Shown here piece by piece: positions 1 to 10,271 of a stretch of 64,000 nucleotides of DNA. The notes under the pieces are model-generated. The model was given only the letters and a program-made list of their open reading frames with translations. It was not told the DNA's origin and did not search any database. Where the stretch lies: the NCBI GenBank assembly GCA_963674695.2, contig CAXXGI010000001.1, positions 160,001-224,000 on the forward strand, in the 5' to 3' direction. Origin of the DNA: a bacterium. GTDB taxonomy: Bacteria; UBA10199; 2-02-FULL-44-16; JAAZCA01. The stretch's first letter is position 1. Each line of letters starts with the position of its first letter. The translations under genes and the position numbers were made by a program.

Positions 1-873
1 AGTCCCATCCCATGTCGAACGCGCCTGCGCCTCCGCCAAATCCGCCTGCACCCTCGCCGCTGACTCGCCATCGATATTCGCCTGAAGAGTCCCATCCCAT
101 GTCACCCGCGCCTGGGTTTCGATGTCGATGTTGGCTTGCAGCGTCGTCGTCGCTTCTTCCCGCGCATCCTCCTCCGCGCTCACGCGTTCATCGCGGCGCT
201 TCATGGCGCGATCGATGTCGGCGAGCACGCCCTGCAGATCGTTGGCACCGGAGAAGCTAAACCCGCCCTCCACGCCGATGTGCGCCGCACTCGCCGGATC
301 GCGGTAATAGTCGTCGAGCTCCTCGCGCATGACGAGCGTGCGAGAGCCCTCACCGGCGGCGAGCTCGCTCGCGAGTCGATCGACGAGTGCTGCACTCAGG
401 TCATCGAACGCGATCGCGCCATCAGCGATCGCCGACGAATCGATGGCCCCTTCCTGCACCGCCAGCGCGCGCTCGGCCCATGCCGCATACGGAACCGACG
501 CGATCTCCATGGCGGGCAGGGGCGGCAACCCCTCGACGGCCACCTCCAAGAGGAGCGCCTCGCGCGGATCGAGGAGCGCCGCGCCCAACCCCCCGGTCGG
601 TGCACCGGAGGCGTCAAGCCCCGCGCCGACGAGGGCCGCCACGTGCCCATCGACCGCCTCGAGCGTCTGCACCTCCTCATAGATCGCCAGGCCGGCCAGA
701 TCGGTGATGCGAAAGGTGACCTCCACCTCGCCATCGGCGATCGGGTTTCCGCCGTCGTCGGTGAGCACCGACTGAAAAGCGAGCACCGTCGGCACGGCTC
801 TTGCCTCGGCGTGCACACCGCTCGCCCACAGCATCATCGCCACCATCACCGCCACTCCCATCAACCGCTTCAT
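1..873 (-). CDS. Secreted fibre/adhesin-like protein (tail-fibre/MAT-like N-terminus plus coiled-coil repeats), C-terminus truncated by the window edge
   Basis: Not in the ORF track because no stop lies in the window. ATG at 873 with AGGAGG upstream. Manual translation: MKRLMGVAVMVAMMLWASGVHA (signal peptide)...LAFQSVLTDDGGNPIADGEVEVTFRI...IASVPYAAWA...TLQANIDIETQARVTWDGTLQANIDGESAARV. Confidence 0.65.
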   Translation of the reverse strand, partial: MKRLMGVAVMVAMMLWASGVHAEARAVPTVLAFQSVLTDDGGNPIADGEVEVTFRITDLAGLAIYEEVQTLEAVDGHVAALVGAGLDASGAPTGGLGAALLDPREALLLEVAVEGLPPLPAMEIASVPYAAWAERALAVQEGAIDSSAIADGAIAFDDLSAALVDRLASELAAGEGSRTLVMREELDDYYRDPASAAHIGVEGGFSFSGANDLQGVLADIDRAMKRRDERVSAEEDAREEATTTLQANIDIETQARVTWDGTLQANIDGESAARVQADLAEAQARSTWDGT

Positions 874-884
874 GATAACCTCCT

Positions 885-1319
885 CTATCGTATCTGCATC
901 TCTACGCGGCGATTCAGACGCATCGCCCCCTTCGTCGCTTTCGTTGTGATCGGCCGCTGCTCACCATACGAGATGATGATCAGACGCTCGGCCTCGATGC
1001 CCTGTTGCATAAACACGGCTTTCACCGCACGCGCGCGGCGATCGCCGAGCGCCAGGTTGTATTCGTCGCTCCCGAAGGAATCGCAGTGACCCGAGAGGAT
1101 GAGGACCGTATCCGGGTGCGCCTTCATCCACGCGGCGTTTTCACCAACCGCCGCCGCTGCGCGCGATGAGAGTTCGGCGCGGTCGAAGGCGAAGGACACC
1201 CGCGCAATCGGCGGCAACGCGGGTTCAACCGAAACACGCAAAGGGAGCACCGCGGTCTTTGCCGCACATCCCATCATGCAGACGCATGCCCATATGATGA
1301 TGATCCGCATGCGATTCAC
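885..1319 (-). CDS. OmpA/Pal-family peptidoglycan-associated lipoprotein
   Basis: Lipobox-like MMGC; OmpA-C motifs FAFDRAEL, GHCDSFGSDEYNLALGDRRA, NRRVE. GTG start overlaps the upstream TGA (alternative ATG at 1310). Confidence 0.85.
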   Translation of the reverse strand: MNRMRIIIIWACVCMMGCAAKTAVLPLRVSVEPALPPIARVSFAFDRAELSSRAAAAVGENAAWMKAHPDTVLILSGHCDSFGSDEYNLALGDRRARAVKAVFMQQGIEAERLIIISYGEQRPITTKATKGAMRLNRRVEMQIR

Positions 1320-1711
1320 GATGCCGCCTCCTGCGCCTTGACGAGATGCCGCCCCGTCTCCTCCTCGATGCCGCGATAGGTCTCGATGAGCTGAGCGACG
1401 AAACCGCCGTTGATGAACTGGCCCGAGAGGTCGCGACAGTAGGCGAGCATCACGCAGAGCTCGCGACAGCAGCGCATCGCCTCGGAGAGCGAGCACTCGC
1501 CCTGCGATGCCGTCGCATGCGGCGCGAGCCCCGCCGCCAGATTTCGCGGAACGGATTTGACGAGCCGTGCGAGCGTCGCCGCCGTGTCGTCCTCGGTCTC
1601 CGCGAAGGGGACGACGTTCTTGAGCACCCGAAGCGATGCCTGATAGCTCATCGCCACCAGCTCCTCGCCCCCGTTCATATCCGCACCCGCTGTGATCGAT
1701 TGAACCGGCAT
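1316..1711 (-). CDS. Four-helix-bundle protein (23S rRNA IVP/S23-like), divergent
   Basis: KSVPRNLAAG...LSEAMRCCRELCVMLAYCRDL resembles the family pattern SxPxNIAEG...A.GS..E...L..A.DL; 131 aa. Confidence 0.55.
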   Translation of the reverse strand: MPVQSITAGADMNGGEELVAMSYQASLRVLKNVVPFAETEDDTAATLARLVKSVPRNLAAGLAPHATASQGECSLSEAMRCCRELCVMLAYCRDLSGQFINGGFVAQLIETYRGIEEETGRHLVKAQEAAS

Positions 1712-1720
1712 ATCCTCCCC

Positions 1721-4099
1721 CTAGTTTTCGAATGCGCCGATATCGTAGCCGGCGCCGTTTGGTCTGATTTCACCTTCGTGATCATCGACCACGCGCCCGA
1801 AGGCAGCGCTGCTCGCATCCGTTCCGTCATCGAGCCCCATCGCACCGACGAGACGATGGTCCGCACCGATGAGCGAGGCGGCGCCTCCCGCGTATACGAG
1901 GTTGTCCGCAACCACCGACGTGCCAAAATCGAACACGGAACTCCGATGCGGCGTACCGTCGCAGTCGCGCACAAAGACCGCGTCCCCATCATCGAATGTC
2001 GCGAGGAGATTGGAGCGCACCGCCGTGCCTAAATCGAGCGCGCCGGTGCAGACGAGCGGATAGCGATCCGGCGCAACACCCGTGAGGATCAGATTGTTGA
2101 CGAGGTGCACGGCCGCGGAACCCGCCAGCACCCCCTCGGAGCTGCCGATGCCGGCGTCGCTCGAACGTGCATCGATCGTGTCGTTGGCCAGGAGGGCTGC
2201 GCCGCCCACGATCTCGACGCCGGTGATGAAGCGCCCCGCACCACCGACGATGATCGTATTCGTCGCGATGAGATCGCCCCCCTCGACGATGAGCCCCGTG
2301 CGCGTTGCCACCACCGTCGCACCCGCACCGCCATCGATGCGCGCGCGCTCGATCCGGTGTGTCCCCCCCTGCACGCGCAAGCCCACCGATCGAAAAGCAT
2401 CCCCGTTGCCGACGATGCGCGCGCGCTCGATCGTCGCCGAGCCGGAGATGAGCTTCAGCGTCGCCGCCGCTTCGATTGCATCGAAGACACTCGCGGCGTT
2501 CTCGACCGCGACCCCGTTGAGGACGATATTGTCGGCGGTCAGTGCCAACGTCGTAGGAACATCGCTGCGCGTCAGTACGGTTTGAAAGACTGCGTTAAAG
2601 GACTGTGCCTCGCGCGAGGAAAACGGCGCATTGCCATCGCCGCCGTTGGAGAATCCGCCGAAGAGACGCGCGCCGTCGGGAAGCGTAACGGTCGAAACAT
2701 CATAGATGCCGCCGGCGACATAGACCGCCCGGCCGCTTGCCCGCGCGATCTCCACACCGCGCGCGATCGAGGCCACGGGGGCGTCCCGCGTGCCGGACGC
2801 CGCATCGCTGCCGGCTGAGAGCAACACGAATACCCCATCGGCCGCGCGCCCCACGCCCGCATCGTGATCGTCCAGATCGCATTCGACGGGCACATCGTCC
2901 GCGTCCGCATCGGTGGCCCCTTGAACGGGATTGTTCACCAACGGACAGTTGTCGTTCTCATTCGGGATGGCATCGCCGTCGGCGTCGCCGTCGCACAGAT
3001 CACCCACGCCATCGCCGTCGACATCAGATTGTCCGGCATTGGCGACATCCGCACAGTTGTCGGAGGCGTTGGCGACGCCATCGCCATCACGATCGGCGTC
3101 ACAGACATCGCCCGCTCCATCGTGATCGAGGTCGGGCTGCGCGGCATCGGCGTCCACAGGACAGATATCCTGCGCATCGCCGATGCCGTCGCCATCCGTG
3201 TCCGTCAGGAGAGGATTACTGCCAATCGCCACCTCAGTCCCATCGCCGAGGCCATCACCATCGGTGTCGGGATCCAGGCGCGCGGTCCCAAAACGCGTCT
3301 CATCGGCATCGGTCAGCCCATCGCCGTCGGCGTCGTCCTCGCAGGCATCCCCCACCCCGTCGCCATCGGTATCGGCCTGGTCGGCGTTGCTCGTCGTGGG
3401 ACAGCAATCGTCGCCGTCGAAGATGCCATCGTCATCGGTATCGGGATCGTCGACAGAGGTTCCCACGATCAATTCATCGTCGTTGGCCAGCCCATCGCCG
3501 TCGATGTCGTCGTCGCTGTTATCGCCCGTGCCATCGCCGTCGGTGTCGCGCCATTCAGTGCTCGAGGCCGGGAAGACGTCGTCGCCGTCATACACCCCGT
3601 CGCCGTCGCTGTCGGCGATGAAGGGATTCACACCATTGATCAGCTCATCGATGTTGGCCAGGCCGTCACCATCGTCGTCGGGGGAGAAGTCCCACCCATC
3701 ATCGGTTGGAGAGAAGATCGCAGCGCCATCGAGGGAGGGCACGTCGACCGAGAGTTCGGCGAGCTTGAGCGCCGCACTCAATGCCGTCTCTCTGCTGGAA
3801 GCCTCTGAAGCCTCGCCGTTCCAAAATGCGATGCGATAGATGCCGACCCTTGGACGCTCACCCAAGAGCTCCAGATCGAAGCGCCAAACATCGTCGACGA
3901 GTTCGCCATCGGCCATGGCACTCATGACCGCCCCCGTTTCGGCATCGACGAGCACGCCCTGGGTGGAGAGCGTCTCGGCGTAGGCCGCGAGTTTATCCGG
4001 ATAGGACTCGGCCACCTGCACCTGGCTCGCGCCCCCGCCGCCGCCACAGCCGGCGACCAGGATCATCATCATGCTCATGAGTATCGCTCGTCCGTTCAT
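1721..4099 (-). CDS. Lipoprotein with thrombospondin type-3 Ca-binding repeats and a C-terminal beta-helix (DUF1565/pectin-lyase-like) domain
   Basis: LVAGC lipobox; many DxDxDGxGD and DNCP...N..Q.D.D.DGVGD.C repeats; [19 protein letters not shown] motif; C-terminal YDIGAFE; GGAGGAGG RBS before ATG 4099. Confidence 0.8.
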   Translation of the reverse strand: MNGRAILMSMMMILVAGCGGGGGASQVQVAESYPDKLAAYAETLSTQGVLVDAETGAVMSAMADGELVDDVWRFDLELLGERPRVGIYRIAFWNGEASEASSRETALSAALKLAELSVDVPSLDGAAIFSPTDDGWDFSPDDDGDGLANIDELINGVNPFIADSDGDGVYDGDDVFPASSTEWRDTDGDGTGDNSDDDIDGDGLANDDELIVGTSVDDPDTDDDGIFDGDDCCPTTSNADQADTDGDGVGDACEDDADGDGLTDADETRFGTARLDPDTDGDGLGDGTEVAIGSNPLLTDTDGDGIGDAQDICPVDADAAQPDLDHDGAGDVCDADRDGDGVANASDNCADVANAGQSDVDGDGVGDLCDGDADGDAIPNENDNCPLVNNPVQGATDADADDVPVECDLDDHDAGVGRAADGVFVLLSAGSDAASGTRDAPVASIARGVEIARASGRAVYVAGGIYDVSTVTLPDGARLFGGFSNGGDGNAPFSSREAQSFNAVFQTVLTRSDVPTTLALTADNIVLNGVAVENAASVFDAIEAAATLKLISGSATIERARIVGNGDAFRSVGLRVQGGTHRIERARIDGGAGATVVATRTGLIVEGGDLIATNTIIVGGAGRFITGVEIVGGAALLANDTIDARSSDAGIGSSEGVLAGSAAVHLVNNLILTGVAPDRYPLVCTGALDLGTAVRSNLLATFDDGDAVFVRDCDGTPHRSSVFDFGTSVVADNLVYAGGAASLIGADHRLVGAMGLDDGTDASSAAFGRVVDDHEGEIRPNGAGYDIGAFEN

Positions 4100-4130
4100 A
4101 CATCCTCCTCCTGTATGTTCTTCGTTTTCC

Positions 4131-4901
4131 TCAATGCACGACGGGCAGATCGTCGAAAGAGGAGACCGCCATGGTCCCCGCCATGCCCGCCTGTGCCGCC
4201 GAAAAGAGCGGCGCCGGGCGACGCGTGCCCGCATCGATCAGACGCACCTCCACCTCGGAGGCGCGATCGGTGACGAGATCGCGCACGCGAAAGCGGTACA
4301 TCCCCGCCTCGATGACGGCCGGCGCCATGCGCCCCAGACCGGTGTTGAAATCGAGCTGAATCTCCGCAACGCTCGTTGCAGGATCGACGAGCGCGTCTGC
4401 CCCATCATCCGCGATGCGCTCGATCAGCAGCGGATGCTCCGGATCGGCAAAGAGACGAAAGATGAGCCGCGTGTTCTCCACGACCGCGCCGGCCGTGAGA
4501 TTGGTGAAGATCGGAACCGACTCGAGCGCCACATCGACCTCGTTCATGCCACCGCCTATGCGCACCCCGGGCGCCTCGCCCGCGCGGATCGTCTGTGCGT
4601 TCGCATTGCGCGCGATGACCTCGACGACGCGGTCGGAGCCTGTCGGCACCCCTTCGATCACGCCCTCGGCGGCATCGCCGGAGAATTCAGCGACAATCGG
4701 TTCTGGAATGTCCGGCGCGCTCACGCGCACCTCGAAGACTTCGATCTGACCCGGCGCCACGCTTGGATTAAAGGAACGCGCTCCCTGCACCTTCACGGCG
4801 AGTATGGCCGCCCCTTCGTCGAGCGTCTGCGAACCACCGCAGCCAGCCAGACACGCGACCACGAACACGATCAACCATTGATGCCCCATCCTCGTTCGCA
4901 T
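4131..4901 (-). CDS. Hypothetical lipoprotein
   Basis: CLAGC lipobox; GAGGAGG RBS; operonic with both neighbours. Confidence 0.65.
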   Translation of the reverse strand: MRTRMGHQWLIVFVVACLAGCGGSQTLDEGAAILAVKVQGARSFNPSVAPGQIEVFEVRVSAPDIPEPIVAEFSGDAAEGVIEGVPTGSDRVVEVIARNANAQTIRAGEAPGVRIGGGMNEVDVALESVPIFTNLTAGAVVENTRLIFRLFADPEHPLLIERIADDGADALVDPATSVAEIQLDFNTGLGRMAPAVIEAGMYRFRVRDLVTDRASEVEVRLIDAGTRRPAPLFSAAQAGMAGTMAVSSFDDLPVVH

Positions 4902-4912
4902 CGAAAACCTCC

Positions 4913-6184
4913 TCACCGAAACTGCACGCGCACCGCGCCTTCGTGTGCGCCGCCGCCACCGGACATGGCGGCAACGATCCCGCCCGCGATGGCGCCGGCC
5001 ACGACGGCCCCAACCGCGCCCCAGAAGAGCGGCTGCCGATGGAGCGGCTTTTTCTGCCGCGCGATCACCATCGGATCGGCCATTCCCACGGGGTCGAGCT
5101 GCCGCGCGGGATCGCGAGCCAGATCCGCATCGGTCTGTCGGGCCAGAGCGCGCACGAGTTCGGCCATGAGCGTCACGCGATCGTCACCGCTCAGATCGTC
5201 GATGGCGATGGGCTTGAGCCCTGCCGCGAGTTGCGCATCGACCATGCGCACGACGAGTGCGCCCCCATCGGCGGCATCGACGAGCACCGCGCGGTCCGCA
5301 CGGAGAAGCTGTGCGATGCGCACCCCCTCGCGGACCTGCGCCGCCGCCATGGCCTTCTTCGCGGGCGCGCCGTCGGACGTGGCCCAGCGCAGTCGCGCGC
5401 GCACCTTGGCCTGCCCTCCCGGCGCAATCGTCACGTCCTCGCTCACCGCATCGTAGCGATCGGCCGCGATCGTCACCGCATAGTCTCCGACGGGGAGGTT
5501 CTCGATCAGCAGCGGCGTAACGCCAGCCGACAGGCCGTTGATACGCACCTCGGCCGCGGGCGGCTTCGACGTGACGCGCAGGCCACCGGTGGGAGCGGCC
5601 AGGGATGCCTGGCGCGCCTCCTCGAAGAGGGCGATCACACTGGGGGCGTATCCCTCGGCATCGAGGGTGAGCATTGGGCAGACGGCAAGCGCCTGCGCAA
5701 ACGCTGCGCGCGCGCCATCGATCTCATTGCGCGATTTCAGGATGATCCCGCGCGTGATCTGCGCATCGACGCTGAGTGGACCGGAGAGCGCTGCATCGGC
5801 TCCCCCCTGCCTCAGCAGGCCGAGCGCCCGATCGAGGGAGGACAGAGCATCGCGCTGACGAAAGTAAAAGGAGTGCTCCTTGGCCTCGGCGATGGCCTCC
5901 TGCGCCTGCGCCAGACGCGTCGACAACACGGCCGCTTCCATTCCGTGATAGGCGGCGATATCGGCTGAGGTCTTCGCATCGACGATGCGATGCCCGGTTG
6001 CGATGCGCAGCGCACCCGCGACGGTCTCGGCCATCTCGCGCGAGCGCTCATCGCCGTCGCCGTCTGTCACCGGCACAACGGCGATGGTCTGCCGTGCCGG
6101 CTCGGCCAGGGCAAACGTCGGCATGGTCATCAGGGCGATGAGGGCACATGAGACGACGCGCAGTGATGTGATCGGCAGGGCCAT
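4913..6184 (-). CDS. PEGA-domain/TPR-like secreted protein with C-terminal membrane anchor
   Basis: Signal peptide MALPITSLRVV...ALA; PEGA motif LRVTSKPPAAEVRING...GVTPL...L.VG.Y.V; C-terminal PLFWGAVGAVVAG. Confidence 0.8.
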   Translation of the reverse strand: MALPITSLRVVSCALIALMTMPTFALAEPARQTIAVVPVTDGDGDERSREMAETVAGALRIATGHRIVDAKTSADIAAYHGMEAAVLSTRLAQAQEAIAEAKEHSFYFRQRDALSSLDRALGLLRQGGADAALSGPLSVDAQITRGIILKSRNEIDGARAAFAQALAVCPMLTLDAEGYAPSVIALFEEARQASLAAPTGGLRVTSKPPAAEVRINGLSAGVTPLLIENLPVGDYAVTIAADRYDAVSEDVTIAPGGQAKVRARLRWATSDGAPAKKAMAAAQVREGVRIAQLLRADRAVLVDAADGGALVVRMVDAQLAAGLKPIAIDDLSGDDRVTLMAELVRALARQTDADLARDPARQLDPVGMADPMVIARQKKPLHRQPLFWGAVGAVVAGAIAGGIVAAMSGGGGAHEGAVRVQFR

Positions 6185-6199
6185 ATGCCCGCGGGAGAA

Positions 6200-6216
6200 A
6201 GCAAGAGGCATGCCAA
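6200..6216 (-). promoter_or_regulatory. Putative sigma54 (-24/-12) promoter
   Basis: Minus strand TTGGCATGCCTCTTGCT = GG-N10-GC, 16 nt before the PEGA gene ATG. Confidence 0.6.
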
Positions 6217-6262
6217 CGGAAGCGAGCAAGAAAGGAGATCCTGTCAGGAAACAGCGTTTTGC

Positions 6263-6333
6263 TGTCATTCCCGCGAAGGCGGGAATCTCGAAGTACTTGA
6301 AAAATCGAGATTCCCGCCTTCGCGGGAATGACA
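6263..6333. repeat. CGTC-type REP dimer
   Basis: TGTCATTCCCGCGAAGGCGGGAATCTCG...CGAGATTCCCGCCTTCGCGGGAATGACA perfect inverted pair. Confidence 0.85.
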
Positions 6334-6520
6334 AAAATCGGCAAAATCGCCTCTTCCGACAGACACTCCCAGGTGATTCTTCAACGAATACAGATCGAAT
6401 CTGACCGACAGATATCGCTCCTGTCCAATCACCGGAACAGCGAAAACCGAACAGATGTGCGACGAATGAAACACGCGCGATTGACGTGAGGCGATGCGAA
6501 ACGTAGAGTGCCATCATCAT

Positions 6521-8830
6521 ATGAAGCGAACACCATCGACAAACCGGAAAAAAGCAGGCGGGCCATCGCGCATCGATGCCGTCGAGAAGGTGACGGGTCG
6601 CGCGATCTATGCCGACGACATCCGGCTCGACCGGATGCTCCACGCCGCGCCACTGCACGCCCCGCACCCGAGCGCGCGCATCAAACGGGTGAACACTGAG
6701 CGCGCGCGGACGCTCCCGGGCGTGATCGATGTGATCACCGCCAAGGACGTGCCGGGCATCCTGCAGGTCTGCGGCGTCATCCCCGACCAATACGTGCTGG
6801 CCTCCGATCGCACGCGCTATTCGGGCGACGTGGTCGCGGTGGTCGCAGCCGAATCGCCCGCCATCGCGCGGCGCGCGACCGAGCTCATCATCGTCGACGA
6901 CGAACCGATGGAGCCGATCACCACGCCGCGCGAGGCGCTCGAACCCGGCGCCCTGCTCATGCACGAGGGGCGACGCGACAACGTCGTCACGAGCTTTCGC
7001 GTGCGGCACGGCGACATGAAGAAGGGTTACCGCCAAAGCGAAAAGACCGTCGAGGCCACATTCAACACGCAGTTCATCGAACACGCCTACATGGAGCCGG
7101 AGTCCTGCGTGGCTTTTCCCGAGCCGGATGGCTCGATCACCGTCCATGGCGGCATGCAGCACCCCTTCTCCACGCGGCGGGTCGTGGCCAAGACGCTCGG
7201 CGTTCCCCTCGCGCGCGTGCGCATCGTGCAGACGACCTTGGGCGGCGGTTTCGGCGGGCGCGACGATACCATCGCCGTCATCTGCGCGCGGGCGGCACTC
7301 CTGGCGCTGCGCACAAAGCGCCCGGTAAAGATGACCTATACGCGCGAGGAATCGATTCGCGAGAGCTACAAGCGCCACCCGTTTGAAATCCACTACAAGG
7401 CCGGCTTGGGTGCCGATGGACAATTCAGCGCGATGGAGGTCGATATCACCGCGGATGCCGGACCGTACTGCTCGGTCTCCCCCTTCGTCATCTGGCGCCC
7501 GACCGTGCAGTGCACGGGGCCCTACATCGTTCCGAACGTGCGCTGCGACACGAAGGCGGTCTACACCAATAACACCTACACGGGCGCGATGCGCGGCTTC
7601 GGCACGCCGCAGCAGGTCTTCGCCTGCGAATCCTTCATCGATATGTGCGCCGAAGCGGCGGGGATGGATCCGCTCGCCTTCCGCCAGAAGAACTTCTTTC
7701 GTCAGGGGACGACCACGCACACGGGACAGAAGCTTTCCGGGCATACGGTGTCGCTCGAAGAGGTGACGGGCAAGGCGCTGCGCGCCATCGGATGGAAGAA
7801 AAAGTTTCGGCAGTGTTCGCGCGGCAAACCGAACGCGGACGGCATGCTCTCCGGCATTGGGTTTGCCGTGAGCTATCGCGGCGTCTCGCTCGGCGCGGAG
7901 GGCGTGGATTTCTCTTCGGCGATCGTGAACGTTCAGCAGGACGGTTCGGTCCTCATGCAATCGGGCGTGTCGGAAAACGGCCAGGGACTCAAGAGCGCGA
8001 TGGTGCGCATCCTCTGCGGCGAATTGGGGCTCGATGCGAAGCGCGTGCACTTCCTCGACACCGACACCTCGACCGTTCCGGATGGCGGCCCCACCGTCGC
8101 CTCGCGCGGAACGATCATGGGCGGCAACGCCGTCATCGATGCGTGCCGACAGATCAAAGAACGAATGCGCCCGGCGCTCAAAGCACTCATCGGCGCATCG
8201 CGCAAACCCTACCTCTATACGAATGGTCGCATCCGCAATTCGCAAAACGGCAAGAGCGTCGCCTTTGAAAAAGCGGCGGCCGCCTGTTTCGAAAAGCAGA
8301 CCTACCTGCATGCATTGGGCGTCTTTCAGGCCCCCACCGTCTCCTGGGAGGAGGCGCGTGGAAGGGGGAATGCCTACTTCACCTATGTCTATGGATGTCA
8401 GGCCTGCGAGGTCGAAGTGGAAGCGAAAACCGGAAAGGTGCGCGTCACGAACGTCGTCGCCGCACACGAGGTGGGGCGTGCGATCAACCCGCAGATGGCC
8501 GCGGGCCAGATCTTCGGTGGCATCCTGATGGGCCTGGGATTTGCGCTGAAGGAAGAGATCCGCCACCAGAGCGCGGTGATCCAGAACACGAACCTGGGCA
8601 CCTACACGATTCCGCGCGCAACCGACGCGCCGGAGATGACCGCCATCCTCGTGGAGAACCCGGATCCGGTCGGCCCCTGGGGCGCGAAGTCCTTGGGCGA
8701 GCCGACCAACGAACTCATGGGCGCAGCGGTCGCCAACGCCATCTATTCCGCCACCGGCGTGCGCCTCTTCGAAACCCCGATGACGCCCGAGCGCGTGAAG
8801 ATGGCGTCGGTCTCCTCGTCATCGTTCTAG
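6521..8830 (+). CDS. Xanthine dehydrogenase family molybdopterin-binding subunit (copy 1)
   Basis: KVTGRAIYADD, EHAYMEPE, GGGFGG, AMRGFG, ASRGT, GAKSLGEP motifs. Confidence 0.92.
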   Translation: MKRTPSTNRKKAGGPSRIDAVEKVTGRAIYADDIRLDRMLHAAPLHAPHPSARIKRVNTERARTLPGVIDVITAKDVPGILQVCGVIPDQYVLASDRTRYSGDVVAVVAAESPAIARRATELIIVDDEPMEPITTPREALEPGALLMHEGRRDNVVTSFRVRHGDMKKGYRQSEKTVEATFNTQFIEHAYMEPESCVAFPEPDGSITVHGGMQHPFSTRRVVAKTLGVPLARVRIVQTTLGGGFGGRDDTIAVICARAALLALRTKRPVKMTYTREESIRESYKRHPFEIHYKAGLGADGQFSAMEVDITADAGPYCSVSPFVIWRPTVQCTGPYIVPNVRCDTKAVYTNNTYTGAMRGFGTPQQVFACESFIDMCAEAAGMDPLAFRQKNFFRQGTTTHTGQKLSGHTVSLEEVTGKALRAIGWKKKFRQCSRGKPNADGMLSGIGFAVSYRGVSLGAEGVDFSSAIVNVQQDGSVLMQSGVSENGQGLKSAMVRILCGELGLDAKRVHFLDTDTSTVPDGGPTVASRGTIMGGNAVIDACRQIKERMRPALKALIGASRKPYLYTNGRIRNSQNGKSVAFEKAAAACFEKQTYLHALGVFQAPTVSWEEARGRGNAYFTYVYGCQACEVEVEAKTGKVRVTNVVAAHEVGRAINPQMAAGQIFGGILMGLGFALKEEIRHQSAVIQNTNLGTYTIPRATDAPEMTAILVENPDPVGPWGAKSLGEPTNELMGAAVANAIYSATGVRLFETPMTPERVKMASVSSSSF

Positions 8831-10122
8831 TCATCCTTCTGCGTCAGCTTCACACTCATCTTCGGCGACTCCCTTTGGAGCCACCGTTCCGTATTGATCT
8901 TCCGTGTGAGGACGCGATCGAAGTCAAGCACCCGTTGCGTGTCGCCCGCATCGAAATCGGCATCCATGCGCTGACGCGCCTTCTCGGCCACCCGCCCTTC
9001 GTAGTAGCGCACCGCCGACTCCTGCATTTTTTCATATTCGGCCAGCGCCGCATCCTGAGCGAGCGCCAGCTCAGCCGACGGGGCATCCGCTGCAAGCAGC
9101 GCATCCGCACGAGCCAGCGTACGATAATGCGCCTTGAGTTCCTCTCCGGAGACTTCGAACGCACCCGGAATATCCTTCGGCGGAACAGATTCATGCATAT
9201 AGAGCTCTGCCATGCAGGCCGACTGCGCCTGCTCGTGACGATAGACCTCGCGCCCATACCCTTCGACGACCAGCTGCCACTCCTGTCGCAACGCCGCTTC
9301 CAGCCGTCGACTCCGCTTGCCCATCTGCACCGACCACTGCGCATAGGACGTGATGCGCTGCTGCACCTGTGCATAGGCCGGGGGCGCCTCGAAGAAACCC
9401 GTCATGCCGGACCAGTCATCGATGACAACGAACTCGCGATTCAATCCATAATCCGAGCTGATCCGCTCGACGACCTGATCCTTGTTGAACGGGATGAAGT
9501 CGACCGGTCGCACCTTCGCGTCATCGGGGAGCGCTTCGATCTCGGCGCCGGAGGGGAATCCCGCGGCCACCGAAGCGCCTGCCGGATCCTCCAACTCCTC
9601 GACGGCTTCGGCCGACGCCGCTTGAATCGCATCGATGGTCGCCTGATCGAGCCTCCCGGATCGATAGGTTCCGGGCTCCATATATTCCTTCTGAAAATCG
9701 GCAACCGCCCGCGCGGTGATCTTGCCCTTGACCCCGTCGATTCCATCGCGGGTTCGCCCGCTCTTACCGAGATCGTATCCCAGGGCAGCGAGCCCCGCTT
9801 GCGCCTGGCGTACGATGACCGGCTCGAAGCCATCGTTTCGCCGCATGGTGATATCGATGGTCTGATACGCCTGGAGGGGATCGCCACAGAGCAGACGCAT
9901 CACGCCCACTCCCTGAGGCGTGCCACCACCCGCCTTGCCGGCGCCATGGCTGACCAACGCATAGTCGGGCACACCGCTATAGACCGTCATTCCCGACTCC
10001 GGCACCCGCTCTCCTGCAGGAACCGTTTTCGAGCTTTTGGTATCGTTCTGCGCGCTCTTCGTGGCCGCAGGCTCTTCAGCATATATCGCCGGCGCGTTGT
10101 CGCCGACACCGTTGAGTGCCAT
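8827..10122 (-). CDS. Hypothetical protein with peptidoglycan-binding (PG_binding_1-like) domain
   Basis: VRQAQAGLAALGY...DGVKGKITARAVADFQ...GRLDQAT; no signal peptide. Confidence 0.7.
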   Translation of the reverse strand: MALNGVGDNAPAIYAEEPAATKSAQNDTKSSKTVPAGERVPESGMTVYSGVPDYALVSHGAGKAGGGTPQGVGVMRLLCGDPLQAYQTIDITMRRNDGFEPVIVRQAQAGLAALGYDLGKSGRTRDGIDGVKGKITARAVADFQKEYMEPGTYRSGRLDQATIDAIQAASAEAVEELEDPAGASVAAGFPSGAEIEALPDDAKVRPVDFIPFNKDQVVERISSDYGLNREFVVIDDWSGMTGFFEAPPAYAQVQQRITSYAQWSVQMGKRSRRLEAALRQEWQLVVEGYGREVYRHEQAQSACMAELYMHESVPPKDIPGAFEVSGEELKAHYRTLARADALLAADAPSAELALAQDAALAEYEKMQESAVRYYEGRVAEKARQRMDADFDAGDTQRVLDFDRVLTRKINTERWLQRESPKMSVKLTQKDD

Positions 10123-10182
10123 CGCACACCCCGTTTTCCTCCCAAACCTCTCCGCTCGACTTGCCTTTCCCCCTCCTTTCTA

Positions 10183-10209
10183 TTATCGACATTGAAGAGG
10201 CTGCGGTTG
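10183..10209 (-). promoter_or_regulatory. CAAC-N17-CGATAA motif (sigma28-like)
   Basis: Minus strand ACAACCGCAGCCTCTTCAATGTCGATAA upstream of 10122. Confidence 0.5.
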
Positions 10210-10271
10210 TGGCGCAGCGGCACTTATCGATAACCCGCGTTACCACCGATTTCACCGGCAGGAGATCACCG

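Noticed and set aside
1316-1711. Avd of a diversity-generating retroelement
   Set aside because: The four-helix-bundle fold is shared, but no reverse transcriptase or TR/VR pair is visible
6185-8566. 1217-aa fusion ORF 4913-8566
   Set aside because: The upstream part is the antisense shadow of the XDH gene and reads through a REP; the real gene starts near 6184
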